DNA of 64,000 nt from an uncultured delta proteobacterium (GTDB taxonomy: Bacteria > Myxococcota_A > Polyangia > Fen-1088), in NCBI GenBank assembly GCA_963737265.1, contig CAVTRY010000011.1, forward strand, positions 1,335,271 to 1,399,270. Reading direction: 5' to 3'. The notes beneath the pieces are model-generated. The model had not been told where the DNA came from, did not search any database, and saw only the letters and a program-made list of their open reading frames with translations. The number at the start of each line of letters is the position of its first letter. The stretch's first letter is position 1. A program made the position numbers and the translations under genes. This document shows, one piece after another, positions 1 to 11,154 of this stretch.

Positions 1-2274
1 GGTCGGGGTTGGACAACAGAATAGAACCAAGTCATCCATGTCGTTGGCTAAATCGTTGTGAAAGTACTTGCTAAAGGTGATGGTGATACGGTGTCGAATC
101 TGGTTGATCTTCGCCCGTTCGAACGGTTCGACCTCAATCTTCTCGAAAACGTGCCTCTTCATCACGTGCATGTAGTCGACGGCCACGGCGAGCCTGGGCT
201 TGTCGCGCTGGGCGCTCGACGGCACCACCTCGATGTTGGTGACGTGGCCCTCGGCAGACACGCGGGCGATGGTTCCGGACGGACGGTCGCTGCCCCACTC
301 TGCGAACTCGTGGCTGAGATTCAGACGAGGGAGGGGGCCGGCGCAATCCGAGACGATGATGGGCGTGCGGCCTTTGATCTTGGACGCCGCGTCGGCGACC
401 ACGCCGCGGACGAGACGCAGGGCGTGGCCTTCGGTCGGGTACTGGTGGCCGGTGGGCTGCCCGACGAAATACAGGCCCTTGCGATGCGAGTGACCGGTGA
501 TGACCAGGGCCAGATCCTTGCCCGCCGCAACCTGGTCGTAGAGCTCTTTTCGCCCTTTTTCGAAAGTACCCAAGTCGTAGTCCGAGTAGGGCTGGCCCTT
601 GCGTATCAGGTGCTGACCAAGAAGGTCGGTCTCGCCGTTGTCGACTTTTCCAGCGACGGGTTCGTCGCCGCAGGCGATGGTGTCCTTGTAGCTGACCAGC
701 GTGAAATGGGTCATGAGCACGATCTTCTTGGCGCCGATCGACTTGAGCAGAGTGAGCTGCTGGCTGGTCACCGACTCGTTTGCGCGGCCGAGGTGACCCA
801 AACCCTGCCCTCCCGACCTGACGGACGGTAGCCAGTTGATCCGCTGCTCGTCCTCGCCCCAGCCCAGCCCCACCAGTCTCTGCTTGGGCAGCTCGAAGCT
901 AAAATCGGAGAAAGGTGTGAACGCGGCATAAAACCATTCGAACGCGCTTTTCTTCATCAGCGGCAGGCTGCTGGTGTCCGCGTAGGATTCTCCGAAGCTC
1001 AAGATAGACTCGTAGAAGGTCAGGTTATGGTCGGCGGGAATGCCTTCGTTTGCTGCCTTGAGCTGGAGCGCGCGCGGCGAGATGCCGTAGATATGTCTGC
1101 CGCCATAGGCGTCGTGATTGCCCGCAATCGCGAACGCGGGCTTGGCGGTGCAGAAGTCCCGGATCAGCGTGTAGAAGGCGATGAGGTCGACATTCGCTTG
1201 GTAGTTCTGGCGGTAGTTGTCATCGACGTTCACGCGTTTCCACACCGCGGCCGCGCTCTTGGCGAGCTTTTCCTCTGTTTGCTCATCGGTTGGCAGGGGG
1301 GAGGCATTGTCGATGTGCTCGATCAAATCGCCCCCCACGAGCAAGACGTCCAGGTCGTCCCCTTTGCCCTTCATCTTAGCGAGGATCGATACAAGCGAGG
1401 AATCGAAGCAGCTCACCAACGTGCCGATGGCAGGCGACTCCGTGGTTCCGGACGGCGCATCGATCACACGCGCGGGGCTTCTGGCCAAGAGCTTCTGGCG
1501 GGCGTTGATGTGGATGTCCGAGACGTGGCCGTAGCTGACCTCGGACAGGGTCCCCCGTGGATACACATAGAGCGGGTGATAGGCCACGATGCGCTGGTCG
1601 AGGTCGACCCGCGAGTAATCCACACCCTCGCCGTCGAGCTCGAATTCGTGCGTGCCGAAGCCGCCGCTGCCTTGCAGGGCCGGGCCGTTCAGGCGCTTAA
1701 AAACCTTGCGTATCTGGAGGTCCTGATATTCGGAATTCCCTGAACCGTCGTCCGCGCCAGGGCTGCCCGCTCCCTGCGAAGCTGCCGCCAGGCAAGACTC
1801 GTGTACCTGGATGGCGTAGAAACCGTCCAGCTCCTTGGGCAGCCAGTTGGAAACCGTGTCGTGCAGGACGCCACGGAAGATTCCCTTGGTCTTGAGCTGG
1901 CCGACTGCATCGCGCTCCACCGGCTCGACCGCGATCTTGCCCGTGGGATCGTCGAACAAATCGTCGTCCGTCACGCGTTTCTTGGCATCGAGGCCGGGCG
2001 CGAATTTGAGGTGGCGGTTTACGTCGTCGATGGCGAGAGCGGGCGACTTGGGCGCGGCCACCAGGAGCTCGATCATGCCCTTGTTCTCGCCGCGCACGTG
2101 CAGGTTGGGCGTCAGCAGCGAGGGAAACAGCACCACTGCCGGAATGTTCGGTCGCGTGTCGATGGTGTTGAGGTGCTCGGGGGCGACCTGGAATTTGCCC
2201 TGCGACGGATCGGGTCGCGACACGAACGAGAAGGCTCGCCACACCAGGTTGTAGATATCGGGTTTACTGGCCAT
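1..2274 (-). CDS. Large calcineurin-like metallophosphoesterase (3' end runs off the window)
   Basis: Not in the ORF track because it has no stop inside the window. Manual translation from ATG 2274 (MASKPDIYNLVWRAF...) shows the motifs HVSDIH, VGGDLIEH, IAGNHD, LMTHF and ITGHSH in the canonical order. Confidence 0.85.
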   Translation of the reverse strand, partial: MASKPDIYNLVWRAFSFVSRPDPSQGKFQVAPEHLNTIDTRPNIPAVVLFPSLLTPNLHVRGENKGMIELLVAAPKSPALAIDDVNRHLKFAPGLDAKKRVTDDDLFDDPTGKIAVEPVERDAVGQLKTKGIFRGVLHDTVSNWLPKELDGFYAIQVHESCLAAASQGAGSPGADDGSGNSEYQDLQIRKVFKRLNGPALQGSGGFGTHEFELDGEGVDYSRVDLDQRIVAYHPLYVYPRGTLSEVSYGHVSDIHINARQKLLARSPARVIDAPSGTTESPAIGTLVSCFDSSLVSILAKMKGKGDDLDVLLVGGDLIEHIDNASPLPTDEQTEEKLAKSAAAVWKRVNVDDNYRQNYQANVDLIAFYTLIRDFCTAKPAFAIAGNHDAYGGRHIYGISPRALQLKAANEGIPADHNLTFYESILSFGESYADTSSLPLMKKSAFEWFYAAFTPFSDFSFELPKQRLVGLGWGEDEQRINWLPSVRSGGQGLGHLGRANESVTSQQLTLLKSIGAKKIVLMTHFTLVSYKDTIACGDEPVAGKVDNGETDLLGQHLIRKGQPYSDYDLGTFEKGRKELYDQVAAGKDLALVITGHSHRKGLYFVGQPTGHQYPTEGHALRLVRGVVADAASKIKGRTPIIVSDCAGPLPRLNLSHEFAEWGSDRPSGTIARVSAEGHVTNIEVVPSSAQRDKPRLAVAVDYMHVMKRHVFEKIEVEPFERAKINQIRHRITITFSKYFHNDLANDMDDLVLFCCPTPT

Positions 2275-2283
2275 GTGTTTTTC

Positions 2284-2454
2284 CTAGCGGGTGGGGAAGC
2301 GGGCGCCCGGGCCATAGCTTAGCCCATCGGCTCGCACGACAAGGTCAGGGGCATAAGAAACTCGTCTGGCTTCGGCCAAGAAGACCGGGTCGATTAGCAG
2401 CCGCTGCTCTTCGTCGGTGAGGGGTGGTCGGGCGGAGGGATTAGGGGGCGCCAT
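2284..2454 (-). CDS. Small hypothetical protein (56 aa)
   Basis: MAPPNPSARPPLTDEEQRLLIDPVFLAEARR..., preceded by an AGGAG RBS; fills the gap between co-oriented genes. Confidence 0.5.
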   Translation of the reverse strand: MAPPNPSARPPLTDEEQRLLIDPVFLAEARRVSYAPDLVVRADGLSYGPGARFPTR

Positions 2455-2487
2455 GGGTTCTCCTGCGGGCGGTTCGGCCGTGCCGGG

Positions 2488-3219
2488 TTACCTGCCGTGG
2501 GCCGCGTGGAGTGCGGCGAGGAAGTCGTCATCGACCACGTCTTGGTCATCCAGCAGCTTGACCCAGCGGAAATGCGCGATGGCGGTGTGGGTGGCATCGT
2601 CGGCGTTTCCGTCGATCGGGCCCGTGTAGAAGCCGAGGTTCTGCAGGCGGGCTTGGATTCCCGAGGTGGTGTCGGACGGATCCAGTCCGCCCACGGCGAA
2701 ATCGTAGGCAGCAAAGGGCTGGTCGGCGGCGCTCCCCGCGCGCGAGAGCTCGACGTGGACCTTGCTGGTATCGGGTGGCAAGTCGATTTCCAGTTTTCCG
2801 GTCGAAGGTAGCGTGCCCTCCACGGCGCCACCGGTGTCAGGGGTTGCCTTGAAGGTGACCGGGTTCTCCTCGCTGCACTTGACTCCGGCGAAGCGCACGC
2901 GCAGCACCTCGGCCGCGCCCTGCACGACGTATTCAGCCGCGCCACCCGGGACCTCCGCCTCGCGCGCGAGCTTGCTCGGGATGGCGACCTTGTCGCCCGG
3001 CAAGAGGATGTGGGCGGTTCCGCGCAACTTGCGCAGGTCTTCGTTCTTCGCAAAATCCCAAATGGTCTGCCAACGAATGAAGCCATGCGCCCGAGCGATC
3101 GTGGGCAACCGGTCGCCTTGCTCGACCGTGTACTGCGACGCCTCGCTACGCTCGTCCTCGGCCAGATCGAGCGCGCCATCCCCGTCCCAGTCGGCGCCAT
3201 CGAGGTCGGGGAAGGTCAC
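2488..3219 (-). CDS. LysM and peptidoglycan-binding domain protein
   Basis: YTVEQGDRLPTIARAHGF...W (LysM-like); C-terminal GIQARLQNLGFYTGPIDG (PG_binding_1-like). Confidence 0.75.
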   Translation of the reverse strand: MTFPDLDGADWDGDGALDLAEDERSEASQYTVEQGDRLPTIARAHGFIRWQTIWDFAKNEDLRKLRGTAHILLPGDKVAIPSKLAREAEVPGGAAEYVVQGAAEVLRVRFAGVKCSEENPVTFKATPDTGGAVEGTLPSTGKLEIDLPPDTSKVHVELSRAGSAADQPFAAYDFAVGGLDPSDTTSGIQARLQNLGFYTGPIDGNADDATHTAIAHFRWVKLLDDQDVVDDDFLAALHAAHGR

Positions 3220-3386
3220 CGTGAAGACGCCCGGTGAAGAGCTCGTCGCCCGAACAGCGCGTGGAGGGGACTGAGAGCCTCGTATTCACCCTCGCGACAC
3301 AGCCGACTGGCATCGAGCCTACCGACCAAGATGACCTTGTTCTCGAGTTGCCAAAAAGGCGAGATGCCAAGCGAGGGGCCAAACAT
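3216..3386 (-). CDS. 56-aa ORF sharing its first 38 codons with the N-terminus of the OmpA-family gene (small gene or deletion remnant)
   Basis: MFGPSLGISPFWQLENKVILVGRLDASRLCREGEYEAL; AAAGGA RBS; its TGA overlaps the GTG of the LysM gene (GTGA). Confidence 0.5.
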   Translation of the reverse strand: MFGPSLGISPFWQLENKVILVGRLDASRLCREGEYEALSPLHALFGRRALHRASSR

Positions 3387-3931
3387 GTGTGTCCTTTCAC
3401 CTGCGCCGTCCGAGCTGGTGACCATAGTGAAGGTCGGCAACCGGCGAGAAGTCTACCACTGAACCACCCGCTGTCTGCCGAACGCCCCGAGGGCGTTCTT
3501 GCGCAAATCCTAGACCGCGGCGAGATGTCCGCTTGGCGGGAGCTGTACCGCCTTGCCGGTGCAGACCCGGATCTGCGTGCGCGAATCGCCCGGGTGGTGG
3601 CGAAAGTGCCATTGCTCATGCCGAGGTTTTGGTCTGCGGCCCTGAAGAGTCTTGGCGAGCCGGTCGACCTCGGCATGGATCTGCCGCGAGCCGATCTCGG
3701 GCTTTGATCTACTACCTCCGGGCCGTCGCCCCAAAAGGCCAGGGGGTTAGGGAAGAACTAGGCGCGGCCAGGCTGGACCAAAAAACAACTTCGTATAGCA
3801 TGGCGCCATGGATTTGATGTTTGGCCCCTCGCTTGGCATCTCGCCTTTTTGGCAGCTCGAAAACAAGGTCATCTTGGTTGGCAGGCTCGATGCCAGTCGG
3901 CTATGTCGCGACGGCGAATACGAGGCTCTCA
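3272..3931. repeat. 115-bp inverted repeat (3272-3386 and 3817-3931)
   Basis: Manual alignment gives 7 mismatches, all at third codon positions. Confidence 0.9.
3445..3707 (+). pseudogene. Remnant of a small helical protein gene
   Basis: Protein-like stretch VLAQILDRGEMSAWRELYRLA...PRFWSAALKSLGEPVD with no convincing start; lies between the inverted repeats. Confidence 0.35.
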
Positions 3932-6141
3932 ATCTCCTCCAGGCGCTGTGGGACTTTCGCCGCCTGTGGCCGAGGCCGCCCTGGCGCATGCGGCGCTTCG
4001 CCGCCGACGCCCGGCTGTCGAGATTCCCGCTGTCGTCGCTCGACGATCGCAAAGTGGACGAGCTGATTGAAAGCGCCATCCGGCTCGGCGATTTGGTCGC
4101 CATCAGGAAGGTCGACCCGGCCGTGCTTGCGGCGCGGCCCGTGGATCCAGCCGTGGCGAAGCTGCGCCTGATTCGCGAGATCGAAGCCAAGACCGGCGGG
4201 AAGATGACCGAGTCGGGCCGTCACTACCGGCTGCTGCGCGACATCGACTTCGAAAAGTTCCCCGAGCGCAACTACTACTATGTGGTCCGCCAGGACGAGG
4301 CCAAGCAAGTCCTGGACGCCCTGGCCAAAGGGACCGGCACGTCCGGCGAGCTGGCAGCACTTTTCGCCAAGGCGCGCGACCAAATCACCCGCGACTGGCG
4401 TCGGCCCTTTTCATCGCCCGACGGTCTCATCCTTCTTCGCCGCGCGCCGGTCGAGCGCGCGCCAGCGAAGGATACCGGACCCGCCATCACGCCGTCGCAG
4501 ATGAAGGCGCTGCTCGATGCCGAAAAGCCGGTCACGTTCTTTGCCCGTTTCGTCGACGAGCACGGCAAGGGGCTGTCCGGTTTTACCGGCACGCTGGCGC
4601 ACGGCTCGGATCCCGATAGCGACTTGGCGTTTCCCGGCAGCGGATTCGCCAAGGTCACCCTCAAGGGCAAAGCGCAGGCGTGGCTCACCCTGTCGGACGA
4701 TGCGACCCAGGACTTGGTCGATGCCTTGAAAGCCCGCTGGAAGGAAATTCGCGGCAAGGTGGACAAGGCGTGGAAAGCGAAGGAAGAAGCGCTGGTCGAA
4801 GTGTCGTTCGAGAAGGGCAAGCTGCCCGAACTGCAACTGGAAGCCGAGAAGAAGCACACCTTCATGCTCCGGCCCCCCGTGGCGTTGGCGCGCATGCACG
4901 GCATGTACTTCGATGCCAACAAATGCTTCCTGCTGCCCACGGCGATTGCCAGCCTTAAGCGTCTGGTCCAAATCTACGAGCTGCACCTCGATTCGGAGTT
5001 GCTGATCGTCGGCCACACCGACACGGCGGGCTCCGAGGCTTTCAACCTGGATTTGTCCGCCGATCGGGCCGAGGCGATGCGGGCATACCTGCGCGACGAC
5101 GCCGACACCTGGCTCGCCTGGTGGAACGAAGGCGTCAGGAAGAGCAAACGCTGGGGCGAGCACGAGGATCTCCAGATGATCGACGCCCTGGTGCCCGACG
5201 ACCGATTCGGCGACGGCAGTCACGTCAAAGCTTACCAGAACTGGCACAACGGCGAGGCGCCCGACGCGCGCCAAGAAGACCAGGCACGCGGCCAGCCCGA
5301 CGGATGGGAAGAGCTGAAAGTCGACGGTATCCTGGGACCGAAAACGCGCCGGCAACTGATCCTCGATTACATGAATCTGGCCGGCACGTCGCTGGAAGAC
5401 GACGTGCGCGTAGTCACCTACGGTTGCGGGGAATACTTTCCGCTTGAAAGCGAGGAAGGCGAGGTCGATCAAAAGGCCGAGGACAATGAAGAGGTGCAAT
5501 TCGACCGGCGCGTGGAAGTGTTCTTCTTCGCCAAACCGTTCGGCATCCTTCCGCCCGTGCCTGGGGTGGCCGACGGCGTGTCGTCGAAGACAGCGACCAA
5601 GGCAGCCAAGGGCGACAAGCTGTATCCCGAGTGGCGGCTGCGCGCATCCCGTTTCCATGCCGTCGAGACCGAGGCCGATGGTTTTCGGTTTCGCTTGTGC
5701 GACAGCGACCTTGCGCCCTATGCCAACCGACCGTTTGCCTTGTGCCTGGAAGACTATCCCGAGCTTCGCGGTACTACCGACGACGGCGGCTTCGTCATTG
5801 TCGACTCGCCGCCGGCGGGTGCGCAAGGCTACGTCGAGGTGTGGCCCGACGACGAGCTTCCCGAGGAAACCGTTCGCTGGGAGCTCGGCATCGACGCCAT
5901 GATTTCGCCCGCAACGCCGCTTGGCGCATCAACTCGACTGTTCAATCTGGACTACTTCGCCGGCGAGCCGAGCGACGAAATGACGGACGAGCTGCAGGAC
6001 GCCATCAGTTACTTCCAGGGCGACACCGCCGGGCTGGAAATTACGGGCGAGCTGGACGACGACACTTGCGCAGGGTTGCGCAACCTCCACGAGTGCGAGC
6101 CACTGGCCGCTTCCCCTGGCTCCGAGGAGCCGACCGGATGA
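3808..6141 (+). CDS. OmpA-family protein with peptidoglycan-binding domains
   Basis: LIVGHTDTAGSEAFNLDLSADRAEAMRAYL and DRRVEVFFF (OmpA C-like); LKVDGILGPKTR and RLFNLDYF...AISYFQ...LEITGELDDDT (PG-binding). Confidence 0.85.
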   Translation: MDLMFGPSLGISPFWQLENKVILVGRLDASRLCRDGEYEALNLLQALWDFRRLWPRPPWRMRRFAADARLSRFPLSSLDDRKVDELIESAIRLGDLVAIRKVDPAVLAARPVDPAVAKLRLIREIEAKTGGKMTESGRHYRLLRDIDFEKFPERNYYYVVRQDEAKQVLDALAKGTGTSGELAALFAKARDQITRDWRRPFSSPDGLILLRRAPVERAPAKDTGPAITPSQMKALLDAEKPVTFFARFVDEHGKGLSGFTGTLAHGSDPDSDLAFPGSGFAKVTLKGKAQAWLTLSDDATQDLVDALKARWKEIRGKVDKAWKAKEEALVEVSFEKGKLPELQLEAEKKHTFMLRPPVALARMHGMYFDANKCFLLPTAIASLKRLVQIYELHLDSELLIVGHTDTAGSEAFNLDLSADRAEAMRAYLRDDADTWLAWWNEGVRKSKRWGEHEDLQMIDALVPDDRFGDGSHVKAYQNWHNGEAPDARQEDQARGQPDGWEELKVDGILGPKTRRQLILDYMNLAGTSLEDDVRVVTYGCGEYFPLESEEGEVDQKAEDNEEVQFDRRVEVFFFAKPFGILPPVPGVADGVSSKTATKAAKGDKLYPEWRLRASRFHAVETEADGFRFRLCDSDLAPYANRPFALCLEDYPELRGTTDDGGFVIVDSPPAGAQGYVEVWPDDELPEETVRWELGIDAMISPATPLGASTRLFNLDYFAGEPSDEMTDELQDAISYFQGDTAGLEITGELDDDTCAGLRNLHECEPLAASPGSEEPTG

Positions 6142-7010
6142 CGAGGCGCCGCGGTATCTTCCTGGTTGCCTGGGTCGTTGGGGGATGGCTGGCGGCACTG
6201 GTCGCGGTGCCGCATCTGCGCTGGTGGATCGAGGAGCACAACCATCGCACGACAGGACCGTCGTACGGGCTGGCCAACGACGCGGCGGCGTCCCTCGCGG
6301 CGGCTCTCGATCAACCAGCGCGCGTTGCCGAGCTGGTGGCAGTTCCGGAATCCGAGCCCACGCCCGCGACCTCGTGCGAGCTCACCTGGACCGATCGAGA
6401 AAAGACCTATGTCTACGCGCAGCGGGCCTCGCGGGCAGCGCCCGAGACCGCGTGGCGGGCGGTCACGGTCGCCGGCAAGGCGATCCTCGGCCGCTATGTC
6501 GCGGACTTGTGGGCGGGCGACTGCAGGGAGAAGGGCTCCGACTACAAAAGGGACTGCACCGTGGTGGAGCGCGCGCGACTGGTCGAGCGGCGGGAGATCC
6601 CCGTGGCACCTTCACCCGACAGGGCGACACCGCTGCTGCCCGGTGAGTGCACGCTCGGAACCTTCGCGGGCAAGCCAGGCGTCGTCGGCCGGTACAAGGT
6701 GACCCTGCCCGCGGAGCGCGAGATCACGGTGCGCGCATTCGTGATCCCGGCCACCGCGTTCCTGGCGTACCGGCTGTCGCTGCGCGGACAGGATGCCCCA
6801 CACGTCGACAAGGAGAGCACCATGTTTCGCTCGCTCGGCCAGGGCGAATACGACCTGGAGGTCACCCTGCTACCCGCAGTCGGCGCCGCCGACCTGCCCG
6901 GCGAGTACAGCCTGCAAGTCCACTGGGGCCGCGCTGTCGGCCCTCGCTGTCCCATTCCGAGCTTCGACGAGAGCAACTGCTACGGCGTTCCGGGCGGGAA
7001 GCAGCCATGA
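6138..7010 (+). CDS. Membrane-anchored Cys-containing hypothetical protein A (candidate immunity protein)
   Basis: ATGA overlap with the upstream stop; N-terminal hydrophobic helix GIFLVAWVVGGWLAALVAV; paralogous to 7007-7888 and near-identical to 11155-12048. Confidence 0.75.
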   Translation: MTRRRGIFLVAWVVGGWLAALVAVPHLRWWIEEHNHRTTGPSYGLANDAAASLAAALDQPARVAELVAVPESEPTPATSCELTWTDREKTYVYAQRASRAAPETAWRAVTVAGKAILGRYVADLWAGDCREKGSDYKRDCTVVERARLVERREIPVAPSPDRATPLLPGECTLGTFAGKPGVVGRYKVTLPAEREITVRAFVIPATAFLAYRLSLRGQDAPHVDKESTMFRSLGQGEYDLEVTLLPAVGAADLPGEYSLQVHWGRAVGPRCPIPSFDESNCYGVPGGKQP

Positions 7011-7056
7011 AGGCTAACGGATCGCCCATCGAACACCTCGCGCGGGCTGTCGGAGC
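6161..7056 (+). repeat. ~0.9 kb direct repeat, copy 1 (copy 2 at 11196-12094)
   Basis: Near-identical sequence; differences seen are a V/I codon, a 3-bp insertion (PAV vs PAAV) and a synonymous change near the left edge. Confidence 0.95.
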
Positions 7057-7888
7057 CGTGGGCTGGGCGTGGGCGACGATCCTGCTCCTGGGGACGGTGC
7101 TGACCCTGGAACGCGACCGTGGGGCGCCGTATCCGGCGGGCCAGTTGGGAGAGGCGTTTGCGAGCACAAAGCCAGTGGACCGTGAGATTTTCGGTCCAGT
7201 AGCCGATCGCATTCACGGGCGAAGTGTCTGCGACAAGATGTGGTTCGATGAAGATGCGGTGCCGATTCGCGGCATCGGACCCATGAACGGCTCAACGGCA
7301 CCTGCATGGCTCACCCTGACTGTTGCCGGCCAGGTCTTTGTCGGCAGAGTCACCGTAGATCTGTGGAACGGAGTCGGGGCAGGAACCGGTGGCCTGGAAT
7401 CCTCGACCAATTTCATCGTCGCCACCAACCTTCGCTTCGTGGAGCGCGTGCCGCCACCTCGCCCAGGCCCGCCCGGTTGGCGGGTCATTCGGCCAGGCGA
7501 GTGCGCCCTCGGCAGCACGGAGCCTCAGGATGCTTCGGGTGTCGTCGGGCGGTTCTTAATCGACCTGCCGGCAGAACGATTCGTCAACATTGGATTCATG
7601 CCAGAAGCTGAAGGGGATTACACACCGATGGACTGGAAGCTCACTTTCGATGGGCAGGATGTCCGAACGGTCCAAGAGGACGAGTACAAAGAAGGCCGAT
7701 ATCGGCCGGAACGATCGGGACGATATGAGCTTACAGTCCGTCGAACCGACGGACCAGACGCCGGCCAGATACCCGGAAGGCCACGGCAACACTACAGTGT
7801 CCAGGTGGCATGGGGTGCGTCGATAACAGGATCGTGTTCTCCGCCTGATAGCTATGGCAACTGTTTCATGGAGGTCCATCGTGAGTGA
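7007..7888 (+). CDS. Membrane-anchored Cys-containing hypothetical protein B (paralog of A)
   Basis: ATGA overlap; hydrophobic AVGWAWATILLLGTVL; shares TVAG..GR..DLW, PGEC.LG, GVVGR..LPAER and YS.QV.WG..C..P..NC with protein A. Confidence 0.75.
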   Translation: MKANGSPIEHLARAVGAVGWAWATILLLGTVLTLERDRGAPYPAGQLGEAFASTKPVDREIFGPVADRIHGRSVCDKMWFDEDAVPIRGIGPMNGSTAPAWLTLTVAGQVFVGRVTVDLWNGVGAGTGGLESSTNFIVATNLRFVERVPPPRPGPPGWRVIRPGECALGSTEPQDASGVVGRFLIDLPAERFVNIGFMPEAEGDYTPMDWKLTFDGQDVRTVQEDEYKEGRYRPERSGRYELTVRRTDGPDAGQIPGRPRQHYSVQVAWGASITGSCSPPDSYGNCFMEVHRE

Positions 7889-8220
7889 TTCACCGGGAAG
7901 ATTTCGGCGCAAAGACGTGAAGGCGACAGGGGCCTACCAGAAAGCGGATACCAATGAGAAGCGTAATTACCCGCTGCCAAACTCGATCGAATACCAAGTT
8001 AGGCCCGAGATCGCCAAGACCCTGCGGGCCCCGTCCGTGCATAGCGTCGATCCTCATGGTACTTCGACGCTTGTTCAGAAAGAAGTGGCCACCCTCATCT
8101 ACATGGACGTCGGTCGCTGGAGCGGCAGTGCACCAACGGAGCATGATACACAGTCGCATTGGGGCAAGCATCGCGACTTCGGAATCGTCTGCGGTCGCCT
8201 GGCCACACTCTGCACCTATA
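7881..8220 (+). CDS. 5' part of a gene that runs into the low-complexity stretch (probably the N-terminus of the 9623-11086 phosphoesterase)
   Basis: GGAGG RBS at 7871 and GTG at 7881; open, normal-looking frame until the A/T runs begin. Confidence 0.55.
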
Positions 8221-9620
<1,400 letters not shown>

Positions 9621-9622
9621 GG

Positions 9623-11086
9623 ATGATCGTGAACGATGCCGTCGAGGAATCAATCAAGTCCTCTCCCGAATTCGAGAAGGTTCGTCCCCTTCTCAAGATC
9701 CTCTCCTCCAATCCCAAGCTTGGCTGGGTTCAGGTAACCAAGGCGGCGCTGGGCCGCAAGTTGAACAACGAGATCCCGAAGGAGGACAGGATCTACGTGA
9801 TTCTCGGGGATCTCCATGCCCCGGTCATGACCGACGGCAGGCGCACGTACTCGGACGAGCCCCAGCAGAAGTCGCTGGCCGACGCGATGGGCGTCCAATC
9901 AATTCCTGGCGGCTACGCCAGTGCCGCTCTTGCATCGGGGGTGCTCAAGCGCGGACCCCTGCACGGATGGCGCGGGCGCTACGATCCGGGCGTTCTGGCC
10001 AGCGAGGTCTTGCCTGACGTCGCCCGCGACTTGGGCGAGAGCGCGAAGGCGATCGTCGAGGCCAATCCCATCGCGCTCTATGCTGGGGAGACCCTGGCCG
10101 TGGCGGAGGCTCCGGGGACCGCGACGGCGCTCATTACCGTGGGCGGCGCCGCCTCGGCGGTTCTGATCGAGCTTGCCGCCAAGACCCGCCTGCGCGAATG
10201 GCCCGACACGGAGGGTGGCCATGCCGAGAACGTCCGCGATTGGTTCGCCCGATACCACGGCACCCACGACAAGAAAGGCGCCGACATCTTCGAGGACGCG
10301 GGGACCGACTTGTTGCTCTGGCTCGCGCTGCTCAAGGACTACAACCAGGCAAAAGAGGGAAACAACCTGCCGGTGCGGCTGATGCAACTCGGGGATCTCT
10401 TCGATTTCTGGATCGGGCTCAAGTGCCCTTTCAGCCTGACCCACGGGGCCAGGAGCTTCCCGAACAAGAAAGCGGCCTTGGAGTTCGTGCAGTACTGGAT
10501 GGACGAAACCCTGCGCTCTCCATCCATTAACTACCTGTGGAACTTCGACAAGCACGCGGCGACCAGGCCCGACCTCAAGACCGTGTTTCTGTACGGAAAC
10601 CACGACACGTACATGGGCAGCCTTCTTCCGGCAATCGTAAAAGAGCGTTTCGAAGACGATCCCGGTCTGGTCGCGCAGCACGGCCACCAGGAAGACACCT
10701 TCAACAAAGAGGAGAACGCGGCGAGGGGTTACCTGCTCACCCAGGCTGCCTTTTCCGACGACTACATTCGCGGCATCGAAGATCCCATGTCCGCCCTGGG
10801 TCCCACGCTCTTCGGCGGAAGCTGGACGCGCCTGGATCTGGCCGAGATGGCACTTCGGACCTGCGTCTTCGATAGGGTCAACCTAGGAAAGAAGCCGGCC
10901 ATGACCTTCGTCATGGGCCACACCCACGAGCCGGTGCTGCAGGTGATCCACGTCGTCGCAGTCCACCAGGACGAGTCCCGAGCGACATCGAAGCCCCCAG
11001 GCGCGCCCACACCCAAGTTGCAAGCCCCGTCCGCGGCCGAGTCCCAATCTCGAAATACGTCCACCAAGACTGGGTATAGGGGATAA
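9623..11086 (+). CDS. Calcineurin-like metallophosphoesterase (LpxH-like motif spacing); true start probably upstream
   Basis: VILGDLH, QLGDLFDFW, LYGNHD, AQHGH and VMGHTH motifs. Confidence 0.85.
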   Translation: MIVNDAVEESIKSSPEFEKVRPLLKILSSNPKLGWVQVTKAALGRKLNNEIPKEDRIYVILGDLHAPVMTDGRRTYSDEPQQKSLADAMGVQSIPGGYASAALASGVLKRGPLHGWRGRYDPGVLASEVLPDVARDLGESAKAIVEANPIALYAGETLAVAEAPGTATALITVGGAASAVLIELAAKTRLREWPDTEGGHAENVRDWFARYHGTHDKKGADIFEDAGTDLLLWLALLKDYNQAKEGNNLPVRLMQLGDLFDFWIGLKCPFSLTHGARSFPNKKAALEFVQYWMDETLRSPSINYLWNFDKHAATRPDLKTVFLYGNHDTYMGSLLPAIVKERFEDDPGLVAQHGHQEDTFNKEENAARGYLLTQAAFSDDYIRGIEDPMSALGPTLFGGSWTRLDLAEMALRTCVFDRVNLGKKPAMTFVMGHTHEPVLQVIHVVAVHQDESRATSKPPGAPTPKLQAPSAAESQSRNTSTKTGYRG

Positions 11087-11154
11087 TTCCGCCGTGTAGG
11101 CGGATGTAGTTTACATGGTCTCTGTTCATCGGCGTTTTTTTCGAGCGAGGGAAA

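Noticed and set aside
58-2322. Long + strand ORFs (58-831, 1027-1743, 1801-2322)
   Set aside because: Antisense shadows of the minus-strand phosphoesterase, typical of high-GC codon bias.
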